Of a DNA stretch of 64,000 bases, positions 12,056 through 24,752 are shown one piece after another. The stretch is from Paragordius varius (taxonomy: Eukaryota > Animalia > Nematomorpha). A program made the translations under genes and the position numbers. The stretch lies in assembly GCA_964247055.1 (NCBI GenBank), contig OZ176053.1, forward strand, positions 1,426,001-1,490,000, read 5' to 3'. Within the stretch, counting starts at the first letter, position 1. Each line of letters starts with the position of its first letter. Below the pieces are notes generated by a model that did no database searches, was not told where the DNA came from, and saw only the letters and a list, made by a program, of their open reading frames with translations.

Positions 12056-13452
12056 TCTGGTAGAGTCATACATTTCTAACGGTTTTTTGGTTAAAACACA
12101 TGAAAAAAAATATTTATTCAATCAAAAATAAGCTTCTAAGCATTTCGCCCATTTCTCAAGTAATATATGAATGCCGCCAGAAAAACTGATTGACTTTTGC
12201 GGCAAACCATTCGTCAAGCCATTTTTGACCTCATCGATGCTATTGAAGTGCAGCTTTGCAATGGTGTATCCCATTGATTATAAATTGTAATCAAATGGCG
12301 CCGGGTCAGAAAAGTTCAGCAGATGCGAAAGAACATCCAATCAAAGCGATTATATGATGTCTTTCACTGGTTTTGCTGTTTGAGATGGAGCATCGCCATG
12401 TAGGAAAATCACTATACCATGTTTTTTGGCCTATTCTGGTCGTTTTCTATTAATTCGTGGTTTGAATTAATTATTTGTTAGCGATAGCGTTGCGCATTAA
12501 CGGTTTCACCGGGTTTCAAAAGTTCATAATGTACAATATCGATCTGGTCCACCAAACACAAAGCATGGTCTTCTTGTCAAAATGATTTGGCATTAGTGTT
12601 TTAGGACCGGCTAGGTAAGGTAAGCCACGATTTTTCGCTTTTTACATTTATTATCCGTATCAATTCGATGCAAATATGATTGTTTTAAGTTTTTTTTATT
12701 GGTCTTACCCATTGCTTGTAAACATCTTGGTTTTGTGTGATACATGTTATGCTTCTGCTAATTGTGTAAAAGTTTAAGTTGGGTCTTCATCCAATAACTC
12801 TTGCACCTGATCATCTTCGCAGTTCTGTAGTCTATCAGAGCGCCTACTCTCTTTTTCATTATAATCACACAACTTTTAAATTTTTGAATACATATTTTAC
12901 AGTTCAAATCAGGGGTGGCCAACTCTCGACTCCGAGACTTTCTGTGCGGCCCGCAAAAAATTTGGAATCCATAATTTGCAAAAGCATGTCCGCAAAATCT
13001 TGTTAAAATTGATATTCCCTAGATAATATTTTCAAAAAAGTCTATCCAAATAGCAAGAACTATAAAAATTCTTGAATTCCGTTTTCTTTTTTAAGTCTTA
13101 TGTTTGAATTCTAATAAATTCTTTGTGAATACCCATATATTCGAATGTGGCCCGTCATAATTTTTGAGCTAAAAATGCGGTCCGCAATTTGTGTTGGACA
13201 CCGGTTTAATTCGATGGGGCAAGGTTATCATATGTTTTTGCCCGCAAATGATAACTATTAACAGCATTTTTCTGGGCAATGCGTGCCACAAATGTTGGTT
13301 TTTAAGGGACAGATCTCGACATGTTAAACGATAAAAAGTTGACGCTAGAGTTTTTGGCAAACTCTTAACTTGTGCGTGTTTTTAGTTTATTGTCAGATAA
13401 AAATCATCAATTTAATAGTCTGTTTCGGTAAAGACTGATCTATATTATTTGG
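12056..13452 (-). mobile_element. Decayed Mos1-like mariner element (copy 2), interrupted by a hAT-type MITE
   Basis: Minus-strand relics PNHFDKKTMLCVWW (~12550-12590) and DVLSHLLNFSDPAPFDYNL..HFNSIDEVK (~12230-12340); 5' noncoding region near 13350-13385 resembles 7770-7810 of copy 1; degenerate TIRs. Confidence 0.8.
12910..13203. mobile_element. hAT-type MITE nested in mariner copy 2
   Basis: Left end CAGGGGTGGCCAAC with GCGGCCCGC; right end ATGCGGTCCGC...GTTGGACACC (degenerate inverted partner). Confidence 0.6.
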
Positions 13453-13722
13453 TAAATTAAGATTTTCTAGAAAACACAACAATTTGAATAATATTCAAAT
13501 TTAAGAAAATTATTATCAGGGATATTGAGGATTTAATTAGCTCATAATTGGATAAAATAACATCAATGAAAATGTTAATAATAATAATTTATTAATAAAA
13601 ACATTAATTTTATAAAATTAAATCATTAAATTTATCATCATAAAATAAATTTCTAAACATTTAAAGTTATTAAACTGAAAAGACATGAGTGGGTATAGTT
13701 TTTTGGCAATAACAGTAAAACT

Positions 13723-14897
13723 TTATTTGAAGATCTCAGAGGGCTCAGACTCAACGGTCTTACAATATTTGAGACGAGGAGTTTGTCCAAAACCTTGGTA
13801 CAGCACAATCACATTTCGTATGCGTAAAGTTTCATTTTTAGCCTTATAATTTTGTATTTGTTGACACAACTTATCCGTTAACGTGTAGGGTATAAGGGGT
13901 GGACACACGACCTGAAAATCAAAGTACAGGAAAATGGCTCCGTTTTCATTGTAATTTGGTTTGCATAAACAATGGTAAGAACGATTAACGGTATCAATAC
14001 ACCATTGGCTTAAATATAGCGGTTTAAGATTATCGACAAAAGCTTGGGTCTGTGTGCGCAACCTGGCAGGTTCTAGTTCAACGCCTTCCCAATACTTTGT
14101 GACATTTTCGGATGCGGAAGTGTTCGGATTCGCTTTCTGTGTTTATTGAGAATTTATTTTACAACATTTTAGTATGTATATGTTATTGGGAGTTTTATAA
14201 AAATAAGAATTTAAAAACGATACATATTGACATCGGATTAGGACGAATTTTTTATTTACGATGTTTTCTGTGAGCGCTTTCAAAAATAACCAGTCAGCTA
14301 AAACATATGTTTTTAATTTCAAATATACAGTTTAAGTAATTTTTTGATTATTTATTAATTATCTATAAATTAATATTTCAATCAAATAATTTTTTGTTTT
14401 GTTTACATTGAACCTAAATAAATGCTTGCATTCAAAAGCCATTTGCATAATATGGTAAATGGATTTTTACCGATATATAATTATATAACCCCATCATAGT
14501 TATTATCAACGTTAACATTATAAAATATTTTTCGAAATTTTAATGCACTCATGTCCTCGATAAAAATTAAGGTAGTGGACTAGTCTTCCGTTGGATATAA
14601 TTATTAAAAAAATGGATTATCGGTGAAGATTAAAAATAATATATTATTTATTTTATTGCTTTAAACAATAAAATTAAAATATCCAAAATAACTTATTTTA
14701 ACCAAGGAAGACCAAATTACAGATCAGCATTATTTCATTAGATAGTTTACATAAAAACATTATCCAATTCATAAATTATTATATTGATAAAATCTTACCG
14801 TAATATTTTTTTCCGAATTTATTCTAAGGCTCATTACAATCATCACAATAAACGTAATATGGATGACGGATATAATATTAGGGAGTAAAATCCCCAT
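13723..14897 (-). CDS. Orphan secreted or membrane-anchored cysteine-containing glycoprotein, 2 exons, ~170 aa
   Basis: Exon 1 14897-14799 MGILLPNIISVIHITFIVMIVMSLRINSEKNIT ends at a strong ACG|GTAAGA donor (phase 0); exon 2 14136-13723 after acacAG extends the tracked ORF upstream in frame (KANPNTSASENVTKYW...). Six Cys, five N-glycosylation sequons. Confidence 0.7.
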
Positions 14898-15088
14898 TTT
14901 GATAAAATAAAACCTAAAAAGTAAAAAACGTAAAAAAATTAAATATTTGGCTGTTCTTTTAGAACACCTACCTACTCATGTTAAAAGGTTGTGAAAATTA
15001 GACTAATAAAAAATATCAAATTATAACCTAATTAAAATTGATCACACAATTAAAAGCTCGATTGATTTATTTTATAAAAATAAATATA

Positions 15089-16238
15089 CCAGGTGTAGTC
15101 ATTTATTACCCTTTTAATTAAGTGAAAACGTCACTAAAAGGTACGCAGACGATTAATTTGATACAGACCCCATGTTGTTAATCTGACATTAATTGATAAA
15201 CATACACACAAGTTGAGTCGTCAAAAATTAGCGTATTATATTTCTACGTATGGTTTTGTGCTTGAAAAGGAATTGCGGCACGCATTGCCACTAAAATAAA
15301 ATGACTCTTTAAAGTTATCGTTTATTGCCAGAAATACTGAACATATCAATTAATTGTGAAACATGGTTTTGATGCCAAAAGTTGTGATTTCATATGAAAG
15401 AGTGTGGGCGCTGTGGTAGACTACACAGCTGAAAAACAGCGCAACTCAAAACATAAACAATTGGCATTAGCATTACAGGTATCACAAAAAACAATCAATA
15501 GCTATCATAGAGCAATGAAATAGACCAATAAACTCGGTAAATGCGTCTTATACAATTTGAGTGAACGTCAAATCGAAAATCGCAAAGTGACTTGTGAAAT
15601 CTTATTTTTGCATCGAATTGGGACGGGTGAGGAGAAATGCCTCTGTTTTTGTAAATTTGAAGCCTGAAATTCGTGGCTTTCACCTTGCCAATCCTGTCCA
15701 TTATAACCATATACGAAATCAGGGAAGTAAACCGTGCTTTGGGTCTGGTGGGACCAAAGTTTGCATTCTGAACTTTGAAAATCGGTAAAACTATTAAGAG
15801 TCAACACTATTGCCAACCAATGATCAATTTATACCAATTGATCGAAGAACATCAGAAATGGGCCAGAATACAAGGTAAAGTATTTTGCCACATAGCTCCA
15901 TCTCACACATCAAAACCAATGAAAGATACTATGGCTTTGATGGGAAATCTTTTACTTCCGCCGAACTCTCCTGACCCACCATCTGATTAATATATCTCCG
16001 CATCAATGAGGTTCAACTTCGCAGAGCAGCGCTTTAATATTTTATAAGACGTTGGAAAATGGCTTGAAGCATGGTTTTCTGAAATGACAATCAGTTTTTC
16101 TGGCACGGGATTCATATATCTGAAAGGTGGGGGACTTATGTAGCTGCCGATGTAAAAATTTCAATAAAAAAATAATTTTCTTTCAAAATTATTATGTTTC
16201 TTACCGAAAAACCGGTAAAAACTTATAAATACACCTGG
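15089..16238 (+). mobile_element. Decayed Mos1-like mariner element (copy 3), both ends intact
   Basis: TA|CCAGGTGTA ... TACACCTGG|TA (Mos1-like TIR start, TA duplication); relics HRIGTGEEK, VLWVWWDQ and CHIAPSHTSKPMKD..LLLPPNSPDPPSD correspond to the mariner DD34D motifs; frameshifted. Confidence 0.9.
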
Positions 16239-16499
16239 TAAATCAGTATATTTATATAAATTAAAACCTGCATTTTTATTACTTTTTACTGGATATTGCT
16301 AAATAATTATTTTATCAAAACATGTCAGTTTTTACCAGGTGGGCCATTTTTTTAAAGAATCCCTCCAATCAAATATCACAAAATAGATATATAAAGCATT
16401 AAATTTATTTGAAATCATTTAATATTATAAGATGCATCTCAACAAACTCTAAACATTATTGGGGAAAACATTTAAAAAATAAAGCCTCTGCATCGAATT

Positions 16500-16658
16500 T
16501 CATTCGATTTGCTGTTGGACCATTCCGCCAGGTACAAATTTTCCTTCAGACCTTTGTTGACCTCTGGACTTTTTTTCAGTTTTTGCTGAGCAGACAGTCA
16601 TTATCACAAAAATCAATACAATCACTTTCATCAATTGTGACACAGCTGGGATATGCAT
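16500..16658 (-). CDS. Candidate small secreted peptide, 52 aa
   Basis: MHIPAVSQLMKVIVLIFVIMTVCSA-KTEKKSRGQQRSEGKFVPGGMVQQQIE*; signal-peptide-like N-terminus, coding-like GC. Below the ORF-track length cutoff. Confidence 0.45.
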   Translation of the reverse strand: MHIPAVSQLMKVIVLIFVIMTVCSAKTEKKSRGQQRSEGKFVPGGMVQQQIE

Positions 16659-17405
16659 TTTTTTGTTAAATAAATTTTTGGTTTAAAAACAAAATAGAAT
16701 TTGTTAATTCTATAACTTTACAGGGTAAGTCTTGTGTTATACTCAATATAGTGTGCGCTTTTAAAAACTATCAGAGGTTAAAACATTTTTTAATATAGTA
16801 ACTATCCACGTGGATTGTTAAAGGGTTATTACTTCTAATAAGTCGTATAAATATATGAGGTTTAGTAACCGGCATATTTTGTGCAAGGGAAATTTTGGGA
16901 AAGTGATGGAAATTAATTTTACTATAAATAATACTACATAAAAAATCCAAAGGGAAAAATAATCAAAACTTTTGTGGAATTGTTTACGATGACTTAGCCA
17001 GTAATATATAAAATCAAACAACCTCATGTATTTTTGTAATATGAAAATTTACGGAATCGATAAAGTTAGAATCAACGTTCAATACAAAATTGTTAGATTA
17101 TCTATAGCCTTTTCTCCTTATTGAATCTTGATTATTAACATAGTAAAATTTTGCAATTTTAAGCTCTATTCGTGGGTGAGATTAAAAATGAGTTAGGGAC
17201 TAAATTATAATAGCTAGATAAGGCAAAAAATCGAATCTTTAAATTATAAGAAAATAAGGGCACAATTTTGTCTTAGTTACATACAATGACTGCGGTATGC
17301 CACGGTTTAAAACTGTATTTTCTTCCACATCATCCATAAAAAACCCACTCCTACAAAATTAATGTAAACTCCCCTTTCTAGCTCGGTAAAATTTTTTGAA
17401 GAAAA

Positions 17406-20400
17406 ATGCTTAACACTAATTGTAAGTGTTTAGTTATTGGGTGTAAAATCGATTTAAATCGACTAGATCAAAATTGGACATTTATTTAAGCGTTAGTATT
17501 TTAAAAACTAACCGCTAAAATTTTTTGCATATTAAAAATAATTTATGTAAAATAAACATATGTATTTGGAACGTTTTATCACATTTTTTGAGTCATAGAA
17601 CCATTAAAAAACCCCAAATTAACACAAAAAAGTTAATACTCTCATATAATTTTTATTAATAGATGCTGGAGGGATAAAAAATGATGTCCGAAAATATAAT
17701 GGATTTTCTTGTCCTTGGGATATTTGTCAATTTATATTGCTATTATACGTGGCTTTAAACAGTCTTTTCATGGTCATTGTTTATTTGAGTCTTCAAAATC
17801 AATCGTATTCACAAGATCTTTTGATCGTAAGTTGGCTTTTTAATAGGGGATAATTATCAAAATTATATTATCTGTTAAAGAACAAATTTTACAAAGTATA
17901 ATCATACATATAATTTTAAAGTATGAGATAAAAATATTAAACTAGATTATTTTGTTCTATTAATTACCTAAATAGATTGCAACAATATTTATTTATTGTT
18001 TACACATATAATTGCATCTTATATCCTAAATGTCCCTTCACCGTGAAGACTGCATTCTAAAACCAAACCGGTTATTGTATTTTTGACCAATTAAAAACTA
18101 TAGCGATTTTTTATTGCGCCAATTGTAGGGAAAATACATAGTTTCATATGAATATCCTTTTTGTAAAAAATATAATTGGACTTTTTAAATTACTGTAAAT
18201 TTTTATAAAATTTTGAATACATATTATATGTATATTAAAAGCTTATTTATAAATATAACTTTCAATTAATTTTCTATTTAATTTTCGTTTATCATTATCT
18301 TACTGATTTAACAACTGTTATTACAATACGTAATCAATCCGTCATTTACCATTACAATATTAATCATTTTTGTTCAGGCTCAATATGAGTGCTTGAAAAT
18401 ATCCACAAACTAAGTAGAATCCACTATTAATTACTATAAAAAACTACGACCTCAATTATAAATCAAAGTGCATCATGTATTGAGATTAACATAAAAGTAG
18501 TTTATTAGTTGCTGTTTATTTTTAAAAATCTTATTTGGGAAAATATTGTATCATAAATTTTTAATTAATTTTAGTTTTTAGTTGTCGACAGCATAACATT
18601 CATAACCATAATAGCTCTAATAACTTCCTATTCAGTCGGCCATCCCGCCTTAAGTAAAAGGCCCAAGCGTGAAATGGTACCTAAATTGGATCCTTTGCAA
18701 ACTCCATATGTTATTGATAATCAGTATTGTAATGTTTGCAATATTCACGTGTAAATAATTTCAATCATTTTATATTACAATAAAACTTTAAATTAAAAAG
18801 ACAAAGCATAAAAAGTTATTTTTTTGATAAAGCAGACTACATTTTAAAATATTGTATTTTTTAATATAGCATATCGTTTTTGGTCGTGAATTAGGGAGTA
18901 ATTGGTAACACATTCACATATTATATTTTACAGTATAATTATTTAAATATATAATAAATAGACAAAGAAAATATATGGTTTTATTTTGATTTTTATGTTT
19001 TGCGCTATATAATCTTAATTTTTACTGTAAAAATAAAAATATTATTTCAGAGAAATCGGAACTAAACATTGTAGATATTGCAACAAATGCATTCCTGAAT
19101 GGGATCACCATTGTTTCTTCCTAAACAGCTGTATTACCCACAAACAAAATTTTAGGTGTAACCCTAAGAAAATATATTTTACCCTAATAATGGAAAATCC
19201 AAATATTATGTTTTTTAAAATTGCTATCAAAGGATTTTTATTCTAGATTATATGTCTGTCTCTTAATTTCAACCATAATTTACACATTGGCACCGTTTGT
19301 GAGTGGAATGTATTTGGATCTCTTTTATTATCAACACAAATTTAAAGGAAGATTAGGTATTACATTTACTAATATTTATAGTATCTTTTTTTAAATGGAT
19401 TTTTTAAAAAAATAAAAAAAGGATAAGTAAGCGAAATTTAAATCAATTAATAGAACGGAACGACGATACAGTTTCATAAGCTAAAGTATGAGTAAGTATA
19501 CATTGCTAGGAAGTTATTAATTATTGCCATAAAGTAAAGAAAACAAAAGGAAGCATAATTGGCTTATAATAGAAAAAAAGTGAAAAAATAACTACAAGCC
19601 AATAATACGGTCCTTTGTTGTATTTACTATTTGGCAATAATTAATAACCTAGCAATGTATACTTATATACTGTTATTGATATAAGCGCATTATCCTATTT
19701 AACATAGGCGAAAACTAAAAGTTCAGTTATTATATCTGATTCAAATCATCATGTTTATATACTATTGTAAGTTAATAAATTTACTAAGAGGTAGTACCGT
19801 TGCTAAACTTTTACAACGCATCAAAACTTTACGGTAAGTCTCAAGTTGGTGAGCTTAGTTTGTCATACAATTGCATAATTATATTATTTTTTAGCTCAGT
19901 CAATGCTAAATTTATTGAAATTTTATTAAAGAAAAGATAAAGAAAATATGGATATTAGTGAAAATCAAGGATCAGTGAACAAACTTAGTTGGAGCCTTTT
20001 TAAAACCAAAAAAAAATATAAAAATTTCCATTTTCACAATTTTTAAAATCTTGATTCTCTTTTCTTTGAAGAGACTCTTGCGTTTTAAATTAACTGTAAA
20101 TTTATTGTTAATAAAACCGAAATCAAAACCTTTCAAAAAACATAACCGAATATTAAGAAATATGTATCTAATAGAAAGGTTTGCTATTGCAATATACCAT
20201 TTAATTCATATTCACCACCGACCAATTCAAACTGACCCTCGAACAATTCAAATTCACCATTGAACAATTCAACACCCTAAAAATAAATTATGTGTCTTCG
20301 GGCTAATATAATTCATCATTAATATAAAATTTACTTTACGACATAGTTTATTTTTTAGTATTATATTAATTTTAAATGTTATTTCTTTTTTTAAAAATAT

Positions 20401-20669
20401 ATAAAAATATAGGTAATTTGTTACATTAAAAAACATATAATTTATTCTAAGGATATATTGTTCAAGGGTGAATTCGAACTGTAAATGGTATATATTATAT
20501 TTATATCTTAACTTTAGATTGGAGAATACCGTGGATTATTGGATCTGAATCTACAAGCGAAATTTTATACCTCTCATTCATCAATTTAATAAACGTGGTT
20601 AATCTCGGCATTATGATTAAAACTGGTGTTAAACTAAAAACAGCCTTTTCACCTAAATTTTATCAATAA
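17406..20669 (+). CDS. DHHC-type protein S-palmitoyltransferase, ZDHHC1/11-like, 6 exons, ~240 aa (3' end uncertain)
   Basis: Exons 17406-17421, 17663-17826, 18575-18750, 19051-19155, 19247-19356, 20518-20669 with matching phases. RKYNGFSCPWDICQ N-terminal motif (ZDHHC1/11-like RxNG..P...Q), CNVCNIHVEIGTKHCRYCNKCIPEWDHHC cysteine-rich domain, four TM segments. First and last exons less certain. Confidence 0.85.
20195..20490. mobile_element. MITE, TACCATTT-TIR family (copy B)
   Basis: TACCATTT...AAATGGTA ends with internal TTCAAATTCACC/GAACAA subrepeats; in the last zDHHC intron. Confidence 0.8.
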
Positions 20670-21460
20670 TCTCAATATCACAAATGTATAAATGTCATAT
20701 TAATTGTCCGATTTTAATTATCATTGAACGAAAATTATTATTTTTAATTTACAACACTATATGTACTACATTTAAAGTTTTGGTATATATGTAAAACTAA
20801 AATAAATGAAATATTTATGAATTATATATATATATATATATATATATATGGATCAAAGGAATTTATTTTTGATGGAAAAAAATGGCGAATTTGTAAGATT
20901 GAGGCTTGCTCGTTGTACAAAAAAAGTAGGAAAAAATCCATCTCAAACTCTCAATAATTTTTAAAAATATATATATTGAAAAATAAATTTAGTTAACTTT
21001 ATTAGATTATAATATGGTGCAAATTTTATCAATTAGGGATTTTAAGATCGGATCTTTGTTTAACCGCATTTGAAACCCGTCGTAATTTTAGGCTGTGGAA
21101 TTTATAAAACTGTAAAATTAAAGTTTATTAAATATAATAAATTTAAAATGTTATTAATTTCAAATTTACCGTGGGTCAAAAAACACCGCGCAAAAAACTA
21201 CAATATTATTACATTGGAAAAACATTACTTGTAGTAATAGAATTTAAATAATTTAAATAATTGCACAATTTAAATAATGATTCCAATTAAAAAATTATAT
21301 TTGAGTTGTAACCCATAAACTGTATGTTGTCTCCTACACACCCCGTACAAAATTTTGATTGTTGTTCAAATTAACAATCGTTTCTATCATATATAATTAT
21401 ATCATTTAACTTAACTAATTTGATAAAACGCTCATATATAAAACGTAACAAACGTGAAAA

Positions 21461-24400
21461 ATGCCGAAAAATATTGCATTTTTAACCACAAATTTCTTAA
21501 TGCTATATTTATGTATTTCACAATCCATGGTCCTCGTCACGGTAATTATTATGCCATTTTTAACTTCGTTTTGTCATACGGTGGCCATTTACAGGAGTTT
21601 TTTGGAACCCGAAGCCTTTCCCCTACAAATTTCACCAGTTATTTCTGACAATAAAAATTTGACAAATCAAACTTTAACGCCATCCTCACCTCCACGAAAA
21701 CAAAATTATTCAATTAATAGAAATAATACTAATTTTAACATTTCAACGTGGGGACCATCACAAAAGATAGATAATTTAATATCGTCCCCACAAAATATGC
21801 CGACTTCTGCGAGTGTCAATATAATTTTACCTTCTCAGACCCCTGGAATTTTATCCGTTACTCCGGTCATCATAACTTCTGCGCTCAACAATGCAAATTT
21901 GATGAAAGATAAAAATTCTGTTGATATTGCTAAATCAATCAGCTTTGGAGAAAATAATGGTGATGATGATAGAAGCAAGGGCTATAAAATTATAAATGAC
22001 ATACCTGAAACGGTAAATATGAGTTTAGATACTAAATTAGCCAAAGAGTATTCCCAATATAGGGCAGATATGTTAGAACTTTTGAAATCGTCCTCCGCTC
22101 AAGGTATGCAAGATATTAATATAACCGATTTGAGAATGCTACAAAATGAATATGCATCCCGAGAAGGTGACACCCAAAACGGGGAAATTATGTATGCGTA
22201 TGTGGAAAAAAGTGAGTTTTAGATTAAAATTGAGGTTTTTTTTCAACTAAAAATTTAGGCTATTGCTATTTACAATCTAGAATATGTCATTTTAATCTGG
22301 GATTTTTCTAGTAATGTTTAAAAACAACCGTGATTTTGATTTTGACAAGTCAATATTTTGCCACGGTTTTAAGATAATATTTTATTTATAAGGCATGTGC
22401 AAATTATGATTCCGGTTTCGGTTAAATGGCGAGCGATTTATGTTATAGATTCAGATTACCTGTTTTTTTGGTCAAATAGCCAATATTTTGGCTTCGTTTA
22501 TCTATCAGATATATTATATATACTTATTGTAGCAATACAATCATATATATAAAAATTTTTGATTGAATTGAAATAAAAAATTACCATTACAACCTTCTCT
22601 AACTGCAAGGTATGGTTAATAAATAAATTAGAAAGTAATTATTGTTATAGGTTACATGGTTGGTTATTGACCATGATATTAAGATGTTATTTGTATAACT
22701 ATAAAAGTAATTTATTCCCATAAATTGTAGAATATAACTTATATTATAAATTTAGATAAAACGATAAAATGCTAAACTTATAAAGCACAAGTACTTTATA
22801 CGGTTAGACTGGATTACTTTATCTTCTATTTAAATAATGTAAGTTTTTTTCTTACAGTCAATATTTCTCTTATATTTTAGTCAAAAATCCTAAAACTAAT
22901 GAGTTGATAGCTCAAGCAGTACAAAAACTGTATAAAAGCCCTAAAAGTCATAGAATGCGTGCGGAATTTGAGGAGTTAATCCCCAGAAAACAAATTCATC
23001 GACATAAAAAATTGGTAAATATTTGAAAAATACAGTAAAAATTTAAATTATACAGATACAAAATGTAAAAATATAAAGACAAATATTTTTTTCTAAAAGG
23101 CAACCATACTTTCTAAACCTTCAATTTTTTGATTATGTATCATTGTTTACATTTTCAAAGTATGAAATTGAGATATCAATCGGTAACACAATCACTTTAA
23201 TATATTACATGTGTAATTAAATAATTTATATGTGGATTCGTTAGGTTTAAAAAGTATGGTTATGTTTTAAAAAAAATATTTGTCTTTATATTTTTACATT
23301 TTTTCCGTATAATTTCAATTTTTACTGTATGTCTGATTTTTCACTTATTAATACTCAACAAAAATTATAATATATTTTTTTTACCAATTTTGGGCTATTT
23401 TAGACAGATGGAGGCATTTTTAATTCGAGCGGTGTGGACGATAAAGCGTTCGGATTTCCCAATATTTCCAATTTGTTTTCACAAAAAATTTTAGGACTCA
23501 ATGATAATATGGACAATAAAAGTTATTACAGTAATAATATTGATAATAAAATAAATGCAAATATCCAACCTAATACTGAGACGCCGGTCCGAAATTTGGT
23601 ATTTAAAAGCACAGGATCAGATATAAGTAAAAATAATTATTTATTTATCCAAGCTATATTAGCAATTAATACTTACTTTTAAAAATTAAAAATAATACAA
23701 ACTTTATAGTAAAAACGAAAAAATGGAATAGAAAATTAACTCTTTTTAGTTAACATATTTGACATGAAATAACATTAAACATGGCTATATGGGTATTTTT
23801 ATTGGTTAATGAAGAAAATATAAAAATATTGGTTGGTTAATTTTTTTAGTTAAATTTTATACACATGTACAATTTTAAGAAATATGTGATTTTGGCTAAG
23901 TAGTAACGAAATTTATTTTTCTTGTGGCAAATTTAAAAAACTTATTATATACCCATATTAGAGCTGTTTTTTATATTAGAAAATTCGAATATAAATCAAT
24001 TTACGGCACCCAAAATGAATAATCAAGTCGTTCCCAATATTCAATTTATCAAAATCTTGGCTATTGTTCCAAAACGTAATTCCAAATTACTATCCATGAT
24101 AAATGGAAGTGGAGACGGTTCTGATATAATTGATCAATCCTCAATCAATAAAATTTTGAGTCAAATCGAAGGTTTAACGCCTAAAATACCAAGTAATACT
24201 TTTTGCAGCTATATACAATTCACCTTTTAAATTAACGTTTGAAGACTTCAAAGTAACCCTTAAACACTTCAAATCCCTCTTAAACATTTAAATTTTATCG
24301 TAAAATTTGAAAGAACCCTAAAAATCAATTGTGTCCTTTTCAACAATATAACTTTGTTCCTGATACTTAATAATGATATAATATCTATTTTTTGAGTACA

Positions 24401-24752
24401 GAGTGCACTAAGAAAAAAAGTAAACTTATGCCAAAAATAAAATATTTAATCTCTCAATTTTGAAATGTTACAAAGTATACAAAAAAATGTTAAAGAATAA
24501 ATCAAAAGCTTTAAAGGTAAAATTAAGGGTTAAAATATGGGGAATTACGGTGAAAGTTATATGTAAAACTAATTAAATTTTATAATTATTTTAGCAACCC
24601 AAAAAAGACGAATGAAAACTACCAAATCTATCATCAGATCAAAAGCCCCAAGTAAAATATGTAAAACTAAATGTAAGCGAAAGAAAACAACACCTACCAC
24701 ATTGCCTTCAACCACAGTGACAAGTACTTACAATTTTTTATGCCCTTTATGA
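21461..24752 (+). CDS. Orphan secreted or membrane-anchored protein, 5 exons, ~492 aa
   Basis: Exons 21461-22211, 22881-23014, 23404-23626, 23980-24192, 24595-24752 join in frame (phases 1,0,1,1; 1479 nt). Hydrophobic N-terminus (second Met gives MVLVTVIIMPFLTSFCHTVA), N/S-rich regions, basic then Thr-rich C-terminus ending FLCPL. Confidence 0.72.
23033..23327. mobile_element. Tc1/pogo-type MITE (CAGTAAAAA family)
   Basis: TA|CAGTAAAAATTTAAATTATAC... and ...GTATAATTTCAATTTTTACTG|TA with long imperfect TIRs including AAAAGACAACCATA-like cores. Confidence 0.85.

Noticed and set aside
14260-14297. 38-nt middle exon for the 13723-14897 gene
   Set aside because: Splice sites look plausible, but the phase is incompatible with exon 1 and gives a stop.
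16500-16658. First exon of the 13723-14136 gene
   Set aside because: Only weak donors are available, and a closer exon (14897-14799) has a strong in-phase GTAAGA donor.
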